This document shows, in pieces, positions 62,219 to 64,000 of a stretch of 64,000 bases of DNA. The DNA lies in NCBI GenBank assembly GCA_963770935.1, contig CAVYRJ010000001.1, positions 96,001-160,000 of the forward strand, read 5' to 3'. This DNA is from Candidatus Bathyarchaeota archaeon. GTDB taxonomy: Archaea > Thermoproteota > Bathyarchaeia > Bathyarchaeales > Bathycorpusculaceae. The position numbers and the translations under genes are program-made. Numbering within the stretch: position 1 is the first letter of the stretch; every line of letters starts with the position of its first letter. The notes beneath the pieces are model-generated. The model searched no databases. It was not told the DNA's origin and saw nothing but the letters and a program-made list of their open reading frames with translations.

Positions 62219-62992
62219 TTAGTTTACTTTAATGTCAAAGAACATCTCAAAGTTCTTGATTATTTGCTCAGCGACATCGTCCACCTGCATTTTCTTGATT
62301 TCAGCCACTGCACCAACAACATTGCGTATGTATGAGGGCTTAGTTAATTGCCCGTTGAAGGGTTGTTTCCAATATGTTACTGGACCATCGGTTTCTGTTA
62401 ACAGATTAGTTATTGGGGTTTTGTCAACGACTTCGCGTATGCCGTTAGAGTAGGTTACTGGTGGACCTTCAGTTATGAAGTAGCCGTTGTCCAAGGCTTT
62501 GGATAGTACGCTCATGGGGTGGCTAAACCAATGCAGCAATACATGGTTGAGACGGTATGATGGGAGCATTTCAACTATTTTGTCGGTTGTACCACGGCTA
62601 TGAATTATGACGGGCAACTCAAGGAACTCAGCCAGCCTAAGCATCTTGTCGAAGACCATCATTTGCTTTTCCCAGATGGTCTCGTACTTGTAGTCTAAGC
62701 CTATTTCGCCGATTGCCTTAACGATGCTTCTTTGTTCTTGGATAAAGTCAATGGTTTCCTGAATTTCCTCATCTTTAAGAACATTTACGTTCCAGGGGTG
62801 AATCCCGAGTGCAGGATAAACAAGGTCTGGGTAGGTTTGGGCAAGCTTAATGTCATTTTGACATGTTTTTAGATCCATTGAATTAGTGATTAAAGCGGTC
62901 ACACTTGCGTTTTTTGCATCCGCTATCAATTCATCAATATGTCCGAAGTATTCTGCGTCGGAGAGGTGAACATGGGCGTCTATTAACTTCAT
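62219..62992 (-). CDS. tatD: TatD family nuclease/hydrolase
   Basis: DAHVH, GIHP, GEIGLD, IHSR, LHWF and ETDGP. Confidence 0.92.
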   Translation of the reverse strand: MKLIDAHVHLSDAEYFGHIDELIADAKNASVTALITNSMDLKTCQNDIKLAQTYPDLVYPALGIHPWNVNVLKDEEIQETIDFIQEQRSIVKAIGEIGLDYKYETIWEKQMMVFDKMLRLAEFLELPVIIHSRGTTDKIVEMLPSYRLNHVLLHWFSHPMSVLSKALDNGYFITEGPPVTYSNGIREVVDKTPITNLLTETDGPVTYWKQPFNGQLTKPSYIRNVVGAVAEIKKMQVDDVAEQIIKNFEMFFDIKVN

Positions 62993-63142
62993 TTTTGCTC
63001 AGCGCTATATTCATGTTTGAAGGTTTTATAATTTTTCTTTCCTTAAACGGATGCTTTTTGGTTAACGGTGATTTAGGGAAAAAAGAAATAACAAAGGTTA
63101 AATATTGCCTTAAAGAGAAAAAGAAGCTACGGAGATGTCGAT

Positions 63143-63364
63143 ATGACTGAATTAGAAATAGCTGTAGCTCCCATGCATAGATTATGTAAGAAAGCTGGCG
63201 CTGACAGGGTAAGTGAAGCAGCAGCAAAAGAACTCGCAAAGGCACTAGAAGATATTGGCGTAAAAATCGCCAAAGAAGCACTCGATTTTGCGATGCATGC
63301 TGGAAGAAAAACCATCAAAGCGGAAGATATAGAAATCGCCGCTAGAAAAATCATGGGAAAATAA
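63143..63364 (+). CDS. Archaeal histone (HMfA/B type)
   Basis: APMHRLCKKAGADRVS...A.HAGRKTIKAEDI histone fold. Confidence 0.95.
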   Translation: MTELEIAVAPMHRLCKKAGADRVSEAAAKELAKALEDIGVKIAKEALDFAMHAGRKTIKAEDIEIAARKIMGK

Positions 63365-63437
63365 AGTAAGCTCACAACTTAACCATTTCTCCCTTTCTTC
63401 TTTTTTGTTTAATTCTGCACTAATCGCGATGCTTTTT

Positions 63438-63548
63438 GAGTTTTCTATTTGGTTGTTGTCGGAGTGTTTTGGGTGCTCAGCTTTGCTGGGCGGCTGTGTT
63501 TTGGGTTTGTTTGTTGTGGTGGTTGTGGAAGCGTTTTTTCAACAAGGT
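63438..63548 (-). repeat. G/T-rich intergenic element, copy B (inverted relative to 13868-13996)
   Basis: The reverse complement reads ...caacaaacaaacccaaaacac...gagcacccaaaacactccgacaacaaccaaatagaaaac. Confidence 0.45.
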
Positions 63549-63672
63549 TGTAGCACTTTGAACGATTAATTACAGCAATAAAAGCTAAAAAGCCACTAAA
63601 AAAACTCAAGTGACTAATTTCTAGCTTCTATTTTGCCAATCACATATGTTTTTGACTTAGCATTATTGAACT

Positions 63673-63999
63673 TTAGGCGGTCTCCGAGGAATCCCAAAGG
63701 AACTGGAAGTATTCTCGTGCGAACCCAACTAAGCCGACGTGGTTACTCCAAATGACAAGGGTTGGTTTGTCTTCCCCGAGGAACAGCATGGCTTCTTTGC
63801 CGTCCGCAATTACTCCGCCGCCGAACATGTGGTCACGGATACGCAGCTCGCTCAAGCCAGAGTATTTCTTTAAGAAAAGCCAATCTTCCTTTTTCCCAGC
63901 CGCCATAAGTTTAATGCGTACTGTCTTCTTTAAGCCGCTACCAAGCAAAGGTTCAGCAAGGGCAATAACTGGTTTAGCGAACTCAGGGGCAGCAATCAC
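63673..63999 (-). CDS. TrmB-family regulator, C-terminal part (truncated by the window edge)
   Basis: GGGVIADGKEAMLFL...IWSNH..L...A.EYFQFLW, a PLD-like sensor C-terminus. Confidence 0.65.
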   Translation of the reverse strand: MIAAPEFAKPVIALAEPLLGSGLKKTVRIKLMAAGKKEDWLFLKKYSGLSELRIRDHMFGGGVIADGKEAMLFLGEDKPTLVIWSNHVGLVGFAREYFQFLWDSSETA

Positions 64000-64000
64000 T

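Noticed and set aside
62905-63375. ORFs 62905-63150, 62934-63281 and 63127-63375
   Set aside because: They are shadow ORFs overlapping tatD and the histone gene, with no protein-like features.
1-64000. CRISPR arrays, tRNA/rRNA genes, transposases, integrases
   Set aside because: I saw no regularly spaced direct repeats, cloverleaf/TpsiC signatures or DDE/tyrosine-recombinase motifs by eye.

Overview
This is an archaeal chromosomal segment, shown by an archaeal histone, ribosomal protein S17e, Hel308, a SAMP/MoaD protein, a GPN GTPase and TATA/BRE promoters. The gene content (large PQQ-like beta-propeller surface proteins, an MtrH-like gene with a corrinoid protein, partial rnf, many radical SAM enzymes) suggests Bathyarchaeia, which is an inference. 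Many otherwise intact genes carry single-base frameshifts, probably long-read assembly errors. Main blocks: (1) 1-13.8 kb has two beta-propeller surface proteins, four radical SAM enzymes of three classes, an atypical rnfDC pair and a membrane-anchored wHTH regulator. (2) 14-19 kb is housekeeping, including a bacterial-type metK and an EF-hand-bearing htpX. (3) 19-24.3 kb has an Asn-synthase-like domain, a nitrilase, twin CxCxxC TIM-barrel proteins, a ferredoxin and cbiZ. (4) 25.6-30.3 kb has a tandem B12-radical SAM pair, an MtrH-like gene and a minimal corrinoid protein. (5) 30-43.7 kb has GT-C-like membrane proteins, asnB-like, purB, hel308 and iscS-iscU-sufS. (6) 43.8-60.3 kb is a surface-glycan island. 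(7) 60.3-64 kb has DUF62, SAMP, S17e, tatD, histone and TrmB. I saw no tRNA, rRNA, CRISPR array or transposase. All product calls come from motif recognition by eye, not from database searches.
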